From Octopus vulgaris (Eukaryota), in assembly GCA_951406725.2 (NCBI GenBank), contig OX597828.1:66774001-66838000 (forward strand): 64,000 bases of DNA, read 5' to 3'. Position numbers and translations under genes: made by a program. Shown one piece after another: positions 49,303-61,530 of the stretch. A model generated the notes under the pieces. The model did not search any database. It had not been told where the DNA came from and saw only the letters and a list, made by a program, of their open reading frames with translations. The first letter of the stretch is position 1, and every line of letters starts with the position of its first letter.

Positions 49303-52212
49303 GAATAATTATCTATTAAATGTTAATAGCAGCATCTTACCAGAAATTTCATATTGGGGAAAGCAATGTGGGCGTAACTTCGGTATATGTACCGGAAGTA
49401 TCGGATACATTTCAAGAAAGTGTTTTTTATATGGGGGGGTTAGGGGGGGGGGGGGAAGAAAAGGGTTTCCGTCATCTTCAGAAATGTAAACAAAGTCACG
49501 TGTGTCCCTATACCGAAGGATCGCCAGCAATGTGTCTTGTTATTTTGATTGACTGAGACATTAAATACCTGTAGTCATCAATTAAACATCTAGCATTCAG
49601 TTATCTCTCAAACACTTTGTCATATTTTTCACGAGTTTAAGGAGGCGAACTGGCAGAATCGTTAGCGCGCCGGGCAAAATGTTTGACGATATTTCGTCGG
49701 TCTTCTCGTTCTGAGTTCAAATTCCCCCAAAGTCAACATTGCTTTTCATCCTTTTGGGGTCGATAGAATAAGTTCCTGCTGGTCACTGTTGTGAATGTAA
49801 TCCATCTATCCCCTTTCCCGAAATTGTTAGTCTTGTGCCAAAATTCGAAATATGTTCCAGGTGTTTAATCCTAATTTATAGTCTTCTGAGTCATAAATGG
49901 CTCGATTCAACTAGCATCAAGCTACAAACAAAATTGGTTGGCAGTTTGTATCCTGTCGCTAACATTCCAAACCATTTTAATCTCAACAACCTAATCCTCC
50001 ACATAACACACACACACACGCACACACACATTATGAAGTGGTAATTATTACAGCTTCATGCAGGAGTATCATGTAGGATTGATTCCTGTTCTGTAAAAAA
50101 AGGGCACCATTCGAGCGTTATCGTTACCAACGTCGCTTTACTGGCACCTGTGCCAGTGGCATGTGTAAAAAGATTCAAGCAAGGTCGTTGCCAGTATCGC
50201 CTGACTGGCCCCCATGCCGGTTGCATGTAAAAAGCACCCACTACACTCAGGGAGTGTAGAAGGGCATCCAGCTGTAGAAACTCTGCCAGATCAAGATTGG
50301 AGCCCGGTGCAGCCATCTGGTTCGCCAGCCCTCAGTCAAAATCGTCCAACCCATGCTAGCATGGAAAGCAGACGTTAAACGATGAGTGGACTGGATGATG
50401 CTTTTTTAAGTGGCAACAGCCAGGTCACCAAGTAACTTGCAAAACAAGGATCCTTTGGGAGGAGGTGGGTGCAGTATTGGAGGACATAGCTTTTGTGCCA
50501 GGTAATGAGAATCTAGTGTTATGACAGAGGGACACAAACAGGTGTCTTGCTATAGTGGAGATACATGGTTATCCCAGTCAGAGGGAGAGATATTTATGTG
50601 TACATACATATATGTATGTGTATATCTATCTGTCATTTCCTTTACTTTTACATAACTTTATTTTGTCCACTCCCACATAGTTACACCAGTAATATTTGTG
50701 TGAATTCTATGTATGGCAAAAAAAAAGAAGCTCTCTGGTGTTAATAATAAAGAAATCATTGATGTTGCTGCTGGTGATGTGATGTTAACGTTGAGCGAAG
50801 TGGTCTTCTGTAGTGAGAGAAGTCCGAAACATGGTCCTTTGCTATTCGTAAGACCCGCAGATGAGAAAGCAGGTCAACCTCCAACACCGAGAGCATCGGC
50901 GGATGGATGAATGCGCATCCAGGCTCAGCGGTTGTGTAGGAAGTCGGGGACAAGAAACAGGAAGAAAGAGTGAGAGAAAGTTGGGGCGAAAGAGTACAAC
51001 AGGGGTCGCCACCACCCCCTGGCAGAGCCTTGTGGAGCTTTAGGTGTTTTCGCTCAATAAACACACACAACGCCTGGTCTGGGAATCAAAATCGCGATCC
51101 TCCGACTGCGAGTCCGCTGCCCTAACCACTGGGCCATTGCGCCTCTGCTGCTGCTGTTGTTATTAACACTGTTGCATCAACAAAGCCTAAGACTTTACCA
51201 CAGTTTTGATAATGAGATCCCTTTTCTATTACCATGCACTACACTCCATATACTACACAATGAAGGCATGTGGTTTAGTGGTTAAGGTGTTCCACTCACA
51301 ATTGCAAAGTCATGGTTTCGATTCCCAGACCGGGCATATTGTGTTCTTGAGCGAAACACTTCATTTTACTATACTCTGCAATCACTGTGACATCTGACAT
51401 GTGGCATACTGGCGTACTATGTTCCTGTACAGGCAGTGTCGATTTAATGGAGGGAATGAGCACAAGGAAGTAGCACACATTTGATCACTCATCATCATCA
51501 TCGTTTAACGTCCGTTTTCCATGCTAGCATGAGTTGGACAGTTCGACCGGGGTCTGGGAAGCCAGGAGGCTGCAACAGGCTCCAGTCTGATCTGGCAGTG
51601 TTTCTACAGCTGGATGCCCTTCCTAATGCCAACCACTCTGTGAGTGTAGTGGGTGCTTTTTACGTCCCCCTGGCACAGGTGCCAGGTGAGGCTGGCAACT
51701 GCCACAATCGGTTTGAGCTTTTTACGTGGCACGGAAGCCAGTCAAGGCGGCATTGGCATCGGCCATGTTCGGATGGTGCTTTTTATGTGCCACCGGCACA
51801 GGGATCACAACTACAATTTCCATTGATTTTTGATGTTGATGTACTTGACTCAATAGGTCTCCTCAATCACTGAGTCGAAACGGTGTTTCTTTACTTGCCA
51901 CCTGCACAGGAGTCAGTCCAGCGGCACTGGCAAAGGTCGGGTGCCAGTCATAGGATTGGTTCAATTTCGATTCCGATTTTTATCTGTGCTGGTTGTTCTG
52001 CAAAAACTTGCAGTACCCTCATCTGTAATTTGTGATAGGAGAGTCCATAACACCCCATGTATTTGGTTGAGCAAAAACAAAATTTTATTTTTATTTGAAA
52101 AGATGCTAATCTCAGCACAGGGAGAAGATTTTTGTGAATGTGAAATGTTAAGTGTTTCAGCCAAGCAGATAATCATAATCTGATTTAATGTAATTTGATT
52201 GTGTTTTCACAG

Positions 52213-52338
52213 ATTGACAATGAAGAATATGGAGAAGCCCTTGCACTTGCAAAAGCTTATGGTTTGGATTGTGATTTAGTGTACCAACGCCAGTGGCAGA
52301 AGTCCCCTGTATCTATAGCTTCAATTGAAGATTACTTG
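52213..52338 (+). CDS. NBAS: NBAS coding exon 16
   Basis: tcacag|IDNEEYGEALALAKAYGLDCDLVYQRQWQKSPVSIASIEDYL|gtaagt; 126 nt. Confidence 0.96.
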
Positions 52339-53895
52339 GTAAGTCTCTCCAATAATCTCCAAAACATCAGTTCTTCATTAATCCTTCTTTAACTTACTAT
52401 AAGATTTTTATTAAATTGATGGCCTATCCTTTTGGGGTTAGCAGGATAGGATATAATTTACAAGTAAAACAAAATACTTTTATAGTAAAGGATTTATTTT
52501 GTGGCCTTTATTCAGTGTATCGTTGTTTTGTATTTGTTTTCATTCATTTGATGCTGCTGGTATTGATGAAATGTGCTGGAAACAGAACAAGTTTTTAGTT
52601 CCTTTACAGCAGATTGTCTCTCCGTCTCATCAGACCTAATCAATATTTATTAACAACTAAAAGGTAAAAGTGTAAAGACTCCCTTCAGTCAAGAATGACT
52701 ATGGGATTGCTCATAGTTTCCCTCTGAGGTACAAGTCCAGGTAAGGTTGTTTATGGAAGATCAGCAGTTGCCCATGCATATCAGCCCCCCCCTCTCTACG
52801 CCACCAGTGTTATCCAAGGGAAAAGCAAAGGCTGATACTGCTTGGCGCCAGTGACGTTGCAACTCATTTCTACATCTGAATGAACTGGAGCAACATAAAA
52901 TAAAATGTTTTGCTCAAGAACACAACACACAGCTCAGTCTGGAATCGAAATCACTATCTCATGATTGTCAGCCCAACACTTTAACCACTGAGCCATGTGT
53001 TTACTATTAATAACTATTTTGTCTATAATTGACTTGTTTCCAATTGATTTTTCATTGATTTTTCATTGATTTTTCATTTCCCTTTTCAAGTTGAATTATT
53101 CTATTCTTCTATTGTCAGTTTCAGCCAGGAGTTCTTGTCATGCTGGGTGCACCACCATTAGTGTTTATAACATGTTTGTTTTAGACTCACTTTCTGGTCC
53201 TGTCTCCAGAATTGGTCCATGTGTTTCTTGCCATGATGTGGGTTCGCCTGGTTTATTATATAAAAAGTTAATTGTTCTTTGAATACATCCACATTTACAC
53301 CTCGTAGATTTCCGAGACCTTTTGACAAAACATCGAAAAGTTGTGGGCCTTTGAACCCTAAGCTGTTACAGTATTGGGTTCTTACTCTGGACAGAGAAGG
53401 TGAGACTTTGGTAGTTTGCAGTGGGATCCATTCTAGTGATTGGTATAGTTCTCACTCCCAAAGCTGGGTGATAGATCTTCCAGGATTTTTCATATACATA
53501 CATACATCCATCCATCCATCCATCCATCCAATTAATCAATCAATCAATCAACCAACCAACCAATCAATCAATCAATCACTGCATGTATTTTGTCTCTTCT
53601 TTTCAGGGAGTAGAGCCTCAGCTCTTTTAGTCTTTCCTAGTAGTCTGTTTGTTGCACTTAGGCAATATTCTTGATGTAGCAGCTTGGATTACCTTGAATT
53701 ATTTTTCCATGTTCATTACATACTATGTCTACTAATATTTATTATAGCTACTAATATATTTACTATGGCTACTAGTATCTACTAAATTTTTGATATTTTT
53801 ATTTCCTTCTCTCATTTCCTATTCATTGTCGTTATATTTGTGTATCGGCAAGTCAGATTTTGATGGCTACTAAGAAAAGCTGGTTTATATTTTAG

Positions 53896-54047
53896 CGTAA
53901 AATAAGCAAACGTTCCTGGGTCCTTCATGAATGTCTTGAACGAGTACCAGAAACCATAAATGCTCTCCGAGAACTGATGGAATACGGACTGAAAGGAACC
54001 GATTTACAAGCCATGATTGCAATTGCCAAAAGAGAAGATGGAGGAAG
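53896..54047 (+). CDS. NBAS: NBAS coding exon 17
   Basis: ttttag|RKISKRSWVLHECLERVPETINALRELMEYGLKGTDLQAMIAIAKREDGG+AG|gtaaat; 152 nt. Confidence 0.96.
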
Positions 54048-54728
54048 GTAAATGGGAATTTGAAATTGAAATGTATTTAGGTTAAGATATGAGTTGAATA
54101 AGTCTAGGTTTTCATTCATCTGTGCTAGCGGGGTGCAACGAGCACCATATGAGTATGATCATTGACAGAGCGACTAACCGGCTTCTGTGCCAAGGGCACC
54201 ATTTGAGTGTGATCGTTACCAGTGTTACCTTACTGGCATTTGTGCCCGTGCTAGTAGGGTGCCAAGAGCACTATCCAAGCATGATTGTTGCCAGAGCAGC
54301 CAACTGGCTTCCGTGCCGGTGGCACGTAAAAGGGCACCATTCGAGTGTGATCGTTACCAACGTCACCTTACTGGCACCTGTGCTGGTGGCATGAGTAAAA
54401 AGATTCGAGCGAGGTCATTGTCAGAACTGCCTGACTGGCCCCTGTGCCAGTGGCACGTAAAAGCACCAACTACACTCTCGGAGTGGTCGGCGTTAGGAAG
54501 GGCATCCAGCTGTAGAAACTCTGCCAGATCAGATTGGAGTCTGGTGCAGCCATCTGGTTCGCCAGCCCTGTCAAAATCGTCCAACCCATGCTAGCATGGA
54601 AAGCGGACGTTAAACAATGATAATGATGATGATGATAAATATTGACTTGACCAGCTACATCTCATCCATTTTACTGATAAACTGTTTCCAAATATGTTTA
54701 TAACTTAATTTGTTGAATTATCTTTCAG

Positions 54729-54875
54729 GCTAGTGATGTGTGATGATGAGGATTTAATATACGACAGTGATGAAGAGGAAGATTATGATCCTTTCAGTCC
54801 ACTTTGCATTCAAAGAAGACAAGATAAAATATTTCAAAGAAGAGAAGAATTGCTCAATCAGATAGATTTTCAGTC
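54729..54875 (+). CDS. NBAS: NBAS coding exon 18
   Basis: tttcag|(R)LVMCDDEDLIYDSDEEEDYDPFSPLCIQRRQDKIFQRREELLNQIDFQ+TC|gtgagt; 147 nt. Confidence 0.92.
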
Positions 54876-55174
54876 GTGAGTATATACACACTGTCTGTAT
54901 ATATATGAGGTTTTTGTTACATGCTGACCACTTGATAAAATCATTGAAGTGATTTTATTCTTAATATAATGAATATAAATGAAAATATTTTTGCTCGTGA
55001 TCAAAATCGCATTTGCTGTGATATTATTATTTTGATAAATAGCATGTGGTTGAAATGAAAAATGTAAATTCAACTTTCACTAGTATATACGTGCAAATTG
55101 TATATGTATGGTTGTGCGGCTTTGGTGTTCATATGAATATGTATATATATATTTGTGCTTGTATGCTTCAGAAT

Positions 55175-55240
55175 ATTTGTGCTGAAGAGAGCAGTAAATA
55201 TTTTATTACTTTTAGTTCGAAATTGGTCCAATACACAATT
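55175..55240 (+). ncRNA. Candidate minimal type I hammerhead ribozyme, copy 1
   Basis: TG-CTGAAGA-GAGC(AGTAA..TTACT-TTTA)GTTC-GAAA-TTGG-TC^CA; predicted cleavage after 55228; proximal stem I is short. Confidence 0.55.
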
Positions 55241-55433
55241 AACTGGAAGATTGTATTTACTATTTCTCGTTTGCTCATTTACAACCTGTGCTAGAGGAGA
55301 CGTAAGGTGGTTTTTAGTGTCATCTGGCATCTATGTCTAGAGTGTGGAGAGGTTTTCCAAACCCCTTTGATATAATTGTAAATAGAAATTATGAGGTTTA
55401 TATATATTTATTTGTGCTTATATGCTTCAGAAT

Positions 55434-55495
55434 ATTTGTGCTGAAGAGAGCAGTATTTTATTACTTTTAGTTCGAAATTAGTCCAATACACAATT
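55434..55495 (+). ncRNA. Candidate minimal type I hammerhead ribozyme, copy 2
   Basis: TG-CTGAAGA-GAGC(AGTA..TACT-TTTA)GTTC-GAAA-TTAG-TC^CA; predicted cleavage after 55483. Confidence 0.55.
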
Positions 55496-55816
55496 AACTG
55501 GAAGATTGTATTTACTATTTCTCATTTGCTCATTTACAACCTGTGCAAGAGGAGACGTAAGGTGGTTTTTAGTGTCATCTGGCATCTATGTCTAGAGTGT
55601 GGAGAGGTTTTCCAACCCCCTTTGATATAATTATGTAGATAATTGTAAATAGAAATTACTTACAAGGTTTTTGTTACATGCTGGCCACTTGATAAAATCA
55701 TTAGTCATTTTATCCTTAATTCTATAAAGAATATATGTATGACTATGTGTATGTGTGTGTGTGTGTGTGTATATATATATGTAAATATTGAACAATGAGA
55801 ATGAATGTTAAAGATT

Positions 55817-56033
55817 CTTTATTTGTGGATTAAGGCTACCATTTGTTTCATGCCAAGGAACCCCTTAACAATTATCAAGCCTGTCACATGGAACATTAGT
55901 CTTCATCTCTATTTTGGATTAATTGTTTTAATCCAAAATGGAGATGAACATCAATGTTCCATGCGATAGGCTTGATAATTGTTAAGGTGTTCCTTGACAT
56001 GAAACAAATGGTAGTCTTAATCCTCAAAAAAAG
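55817..56033. repeat. Foldback palindrome (~106-bp arms, 5-nt spacer)
   Basis: GGATTAAGGCTACCATTTGTTTCATG..TTTTGGATTAA-ttgtt-TTAATCCAAAA..CATGAAACAAATGGTAGTCTTAATCC. Confidence 0.9.
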
Positions 56034-56364
56034 TGTGAGTAAAACACTTCATTTCACTATTCAGCTGTAAATGAGTTACCCTGTGATAGACTGGCATCCC
56101 ATCCAGGAGGAATGTTGTGATGTTGGTCATCAATATGCCATTGAAACTTGTTCATCATATACAGAATGTTTGATCGCCTGCAACATTTAGAAATATAACA
56201 GTTATTACTGCTGACTATATTATGTTTAGTCTCTTCCAAATGTTTATAATTGATCAATTAACAACAGTTTACTATCTCTTATCAGTTTAATATATTGACC
56301 ATCCTGTTTATATTTTAGTAGAATTTAAGCCTACATTCTTCTTTGTTTTTTCTTTTTCTTACAG

Positions 56365-56443
56365 ACTGTTATTAGAACAGAAAGAACTTTGCAGAGCTCG
56401 GCTGAAATTATTGCAGTACCTGTACCGATTGAGGACATACGAG
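56365..56443 (+). CDS. NBAS: NBAS coding exon 19
   Basis: ttacag|(S)LLLEQKELCRARLKLLQYLYRLRTYE|gtagac; 79 nt. Confidence 0.95.
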
Positions 56444-57059
56444 GTAGACATTTTAATTTCCATTAAACAACAGTATTTCTACCTTTTTTTTATTATCTGA
56501 ACTGAGTGAAATTTACTAAATAGAAACTGTATGGAAGTCCATTTTGTGTGTGTCTTTTATCTTTCGTCTTGTTTCAGTCATTAGCATGTGGCCATGCTAA
56601 TTTATTAGTTGAATGAATTGACTGCAGAATGTTTTTCGAATGAGTTCAGAATGTCTTTGTTAATGTCAGCCACTTAACAGCATGTACTGGGTGCTTATCT
56701 TCTGGCACTAGCACTAAGATGAAGACCCCCTTCAACTGAATAGGGTACTGTGGGGAGTGGGGTGACTTCATGCTAGGAGATGAGTCATCATCTAGCATGA
56801 AGGAGTGAGAAAAGGATCCAGAACAGAACAGGTTTTTTGCTGTAGAAGAGCTACTACCTGGCTGTTCACATTATGGAAGAAAAAGTGGAGAAGAATGGGT
56901 GGGGCTGGAAAGAATGCTAAAATAATGGTGATGAGTCATAAGGCTTTGTCCTTAAAGTACAAGCTGAGTGGGGACAGAACAAGGAGTGTGGTTGGGTAGA
57001 GGTTGCAAGAGTGTATGGGGAGCGTGAGAGATGGTTAGAGAAGGGGATATGTTAGAGAC

Positions 57060-57240
57060 TGGCGCTTCTTTACACAGCTGTCCTCGTCCATACGTATCAC
57101 ATGACCATACTAGCGCAGTCGTCTCTCTTGTGCACCACATCTGATGCCTCTTATGCCCAACTTTTCTCTCAAGATGCTTACACCCTGTTGATCATGCACA
57201 CTAACATTACACATCCAGCAAAACATTTCTGGCTTATTTT
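57060..57240 (-). mobile_element. RTE LINE C-terminal fragment
   Basis: Minus strand LREKLGIRGIRCGAQERRLR*YGHVIRMDED, same family as 10750-10850. Confidence 0.7.
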
Positions 57241-57596
57241 AGGGAATTATGGTTTGAAGGTTATTTGGAGAATTAAATAGTTACAGGTTACGATAGTAGA
57301 TGTTAGTATGACTGGTTATATGAATGAATGAATGAATGGAGTGATTAAAAAACGTCATTTCATTGAAATTTCAGTTACAAGATAATGCATGTCATGTCAT
57401 TTCATGTTATTGAAATTTCAAAGTTACAAGATAAAGCATGACTGATTCAGATTGATGTGAATAAACAATCATTGCACTCACTTGACAGAGTAATCTTGAA
57501 TGCTAAAGGGTTGCATGATGATGATGATGATGATGATTTTGTGATTGCTTTACTTTTGTTGACTGGATGTTTTTAATGTAACTTTTTCTTTTCCAG

Positions 57597-57701
57597 CTTA
57601 TTTTGGGTGGCATCCATGTGGCGCAAGAACGTTTTGATAAAGTGTTTTTTGAAACTTTTCGTTCAGGAAACATTGTAGAGGAGGCTATTAAATTTGCTCA
57701 G
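57597..57701 (+). CDS. NBAS: NBAS coding exon 20
   Basis: ttccag|LILGGIHVAQERFDKVFFETFRSGNIVEEAIKFAQ|gttagt; 105 nt. Confidence 0.94.
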
Positions 57702-57886
57702 GTTAGTTTCTGTTGCTGGCAATTAAAGCAAAACATTTTTTCTGCTTGTGTGTTTTACCATATTCTTTGAACAAATATATGTACAAGTTGCTGAAGTAAA
57801 TATTCCATATACACTGCTTAATGCAATCTGAAATAAACAAGGTGTTTATCATAAGCAATGGAGACAAATAAATTAATGAACTTTAA

Positions 57887-58971
57887 CCCTTTCGTTACTA
57901 TATTTCTGACCAAAATACACCCCTTATGTGTTTCAATTAATTTCTAACATAATCATAAATTTAGTCTGGTTTCATTAAACAACTATAACTTTTTTATTTA
58001 TCAATATATTAATGTGATTTTTGGAAGATAATTTAACGAAATGTTCTCAACCAATTCTATACTATAATTTTTGTCACAAAGTGACTCTAATTGCAGGTAG
58101 ATACAGGTAAATTCAACAAAATATAAAATTATAAAAATTTTGTTCAAACATTGCTATAGAAAATGGGTTATTAGCTAATATTCAATTGGGTATACAACAA
58201 AATTTTATGATAGAATTTGTTATTCTGGGTAACTTTCTGATACCCATAATAATAATTATGGCAAAATAGTCTTAATTTCATTTAAGGTTGTGGGAAACCA
58301 CTAACTATCCTTTCTTTCGCTTTGTTTACATTTAGCGTAATGGTTCGTTTCCGCCGTAATGATTTCAAATAGGCTCATTTGAAAAAGTAAAAAGAAATAG
58401 TCTAAGGCTTTACTCTCCTGGGAAAGTCTGTGGCTTGGTCCAGTTTCTTCAGAAAAATCACCGAAAGAAACAGTTTTTAAATTTTCACTCCACTCAGGTG
58501 CCAATTCATTTTCTTTCTCGCTGTCGGAGCTCTCGGATTCACTGTTTTCACTTTCGGAAAATGAAACCTCAGATTCATTATCAAATACCACGTGCTTTTT
58601 TTTTCAGTCATAGAGTTAGATTTATGAAGGTCTTCAGTAGAAAATCCTTCGAATTCTGACTCGCTGCTTGATATAATGAAATTTGTATCCATTTTTTGTC
58701 AGAATTACAAATTTTGAAAACACAATAGGAACAAATTTCGGAAAAAAATCTCCCAAAATTCACGGAATTAAAATTACACTTTGATTGTTGTACAAAACTG
58801 TCGATGAACTGTTTACGAAGTATAATACGTGTTTTCACGAATGTACTAAAGAGATTTGCTCTGATATTCTCATTTAAATATGAATAGGTAAATACGGGCG
58901 GGTTTGGGCGGTTTGGTCACATTAACCAAAATTTTTTTCGGGCAGCTTTGGGCGGTTTGGTAACGAAAGGG
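57887..58971 (-). mobile_element. Internally deleted piggyBac element (1085 bp)
   Basis: TTAA|CCCTTTCGTTAC ... GTAACGAAAGGG|TTAA; frameshifted minus-strand transposase N-terminus (SSSESEFEGF, acidic tract, LDYFFLLF..IITAETNHYA); no catalytic DDD domain. Confidence 0.9.
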
Positions 58972-60562
58972 TTAAAGGCAATTCAATTTGTGATGTAGCC
59001 TATTAATGCTTCCACACTGAAGAAGATGCAAGATACAAGTAAAAAAAAAAAAAAGTGGAATAAAATCAGATTCAAGTAGAATAAAACAAGTTGTTTAAAA
59101 ATTTGTAAAAATTATCTGAATTCCTTTGTTTATATTTATAGGTTTATAATTTTAATAATAATCAAATATCAATGGAAATTGTAGTTATGATCCCTGTGCC
59201 GGTGGCACGTAAAAAGCACCATCCAAACGTGGCCGATGCCAGCACCGCCTTGATTGGCTTCTGTGCCGGTGGCAAGTAAAAAAGCAACAACTGATCGTAG
59301 CCGTTGCCAGCCTCGCTTCACGTAAAAAGCACCCATTACATTCACGGAGTGGTTGGCATTAGGAAGGGCATCCAGCTATAGAAACACTGCCAGATCAGAC
59401 TGGAGCCTGGTGCAGCCTCCTGGCTTCCCAGACCCCAGTCAAACCGTCCAACCCATGCTAGCATGGAAAATAGATGTTAAATGATGATGATGATAATGAA
59501 TAATAAAAATTGTCTTGAATAATAAAATTTGTCTTGTTCAAGTACATTATAACTCATAAAAGAAAAAAAATACAGCTAAGCATTTTGTCTGGTTTTGTTT
59601 ACAATTCTGCCCGGTTGCTGCCTTTCAGTGTGTAATTTTTTATCTGAAGATGGCAGAGCGTGATCTGAGGGAATCTTGTGGGTCAAGTTTCCAAGCAGCA
59701 GAAACTTGACCTGTTTTGTTGTTGCTGTGTATTCCTAGATCATTCATAGTCAAACAAAACGATGATGAAAGATGTTTCAGTTCTGGCAATCATGTTATTT
59801 GCTTATCTGGAGCTGTATTGTACAACATCAATTTGCAGTTATGATGGTAGGGTGAGATTTGTAAGGATTTTGGCTGCTATTTTCAGCAGTTTGAGCAACT
59901 GCTTGTCAGCTCCCTATTGAACAAAATTGTCTCTTTTACTTTCAGATCTTCAGAGTAGGTAACTGCACCAACCAGGAAGGTGGTGACCATAAGGGATAGT
60001 TTTGACTTACTTAAGAATGTTGGTAGAAGGGTCTTTTTTCAGTCACACATATGTATTGGTGCATAACCATCATTGTTAAAAGGTTCTTGAAATGATCAAC
60101 TTTTTAAATCTTTCTAGTACAAAAATTGGTGGGCTGATATCTTGGCTCGTTTATCTTATAAGAGTTATATTCTTAGCTAACTCATCCCTATTATTTGAAA
60201 ATTAAATTTCAAAATATATTATAGTTTTATTGGAAATAATATAGAAGTGAAACAAACGGGAAGATCTGATATTTGAACTTGCAACTCCTTGGCTATTAGT
60301 TCATATTCACTAAAGGTGCTTGGCTAGAACTTTTTATTTTCCATGCCTCAGATCACCTAGGAATCTTACTTGATAATAGACCACTGTCTTGTGAGGGATA
60401 AATTTCTTCAGTCACTGAATAATGTTGAATCTGAAGTTAATCTGGATTTATAAGCTCCTGTAGCTCTTTAAAATGTTTTCTTAATGTTTTTTTGTTTTTT
60501 TTTTGTATTCAGTTGTAACTGAGAAAAAAAAAAAATAATGAAGTTAAAATGTTGTTTTACAG

Positions 60563-60627
60563 GACAGTGAAGTTGTAGCAGTTGAAGCATTATTTACTTA
60601 TCATGGATCTGCAGTTTTACCTCACAG
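60563..60627 (+). CDS. NBAS: NBAS coding exon 21
   Basis: ttacag|DSEVVAVEALFTYHGSAVLPH+AG|gtttgt; 65 nt; start of the Sec39-like region. Confidence 0.95.
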
Positions 60628-61458
60628 GTTTGTATCTCCTTTCTTTCAACAAACATGTAGAGACTTATACCTATTTCTTTACTACCCACAAGGGGGTAAA
60701 CATAGAGAGGACAAACAAGGACAGACATAGGTTTTAAGTTGATTATATCGACCCCAGTGCGTAACTGGTACTTAATTTATCGACTCCGAAAGGATGAAAG
60801 GCAAAGTCGACCTCGGTGAAATTTGAACTTGGTACGTAACGGCAGACGAAATACGGGTACGCATTTCGCCCAACGTGCTAACGTTTCTGCCAGCTCGCTG
60901 CCTTAAAATCGACTTAATCCGTTTGTCTGTCCTTGTTTGTCCTCTCTGTGTTTAGCCCCTTGTGGGTAGTAAAAGAAATAGAAGTAGAGACTTATACCAT
61001 TACGTCTGCTCTATTAGTTGTTTATCTCTACTCGTACTTTTGTTCTCTTTTTCCAACTCAGTTTATGTTTACATGTTTTTACTTGAATAATTTTTCTCAG
61101 AGCCTTTTTCTTCCTGGGATTTTTCCCTCTTTTCTTATTCTCCTTTCCCCACCTCCAATTAAAACCTGCAATAATTCAAACTCAACATTATCTTCTCTTG
61201 CTTCATCCTCTGACCCCTATACTTAATCATTTTTAGAGGGTCTGCAAAGGTCACGAGTACTGTTCATTCTTCCAGATTCAAGTGAAAACAAAACAAACAA
61301 AAACCAAAAAACAATAAAATCCAATTAATTTTTGTATTTAGTATGAGCTATTTATTCTTCATTAGAATATTTTTTTTTATTTTAGATTTAAATTCATAAT
61401 TATACAATAGATTTGAATTTATAATAACACAATATTTTAATCAATTTTATTTTTGAAG

Positions 61459-61530
61459 GTTGGCAATTTTGTCCAATTTCCCAGAAACTACCTCCCCGCG
61501 AGAGTATAGTAATTTACTACCTGAAGTCGG
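61459..61530 (+). CDS. NBAS: NBAS coding exon 22
   Basis: ttgaag|(R)LAILSNFPETTSPREYSNLLPEV+GG|gtatgt; 72 nt. Confidence 0.96.

Larger units (their letters stand above)
55150..55660 (+). repeat. Tandem direct repeat (~259-bp period), Penelope pLTR/retrozyme-like
   Basis: 55150-55391 and 55410-55658 are highly similar; a ~55-bp flank is also duplicated (54908-54965 and 55665-55720). Confidence 0.9.

Noticed and set aside
58301-58692. Nested antisense host gene (acidic ORFs)
   Set aside because: Lies inside piggyBac TIRs, is frameshifted and truncated; it is a transposase remnant.
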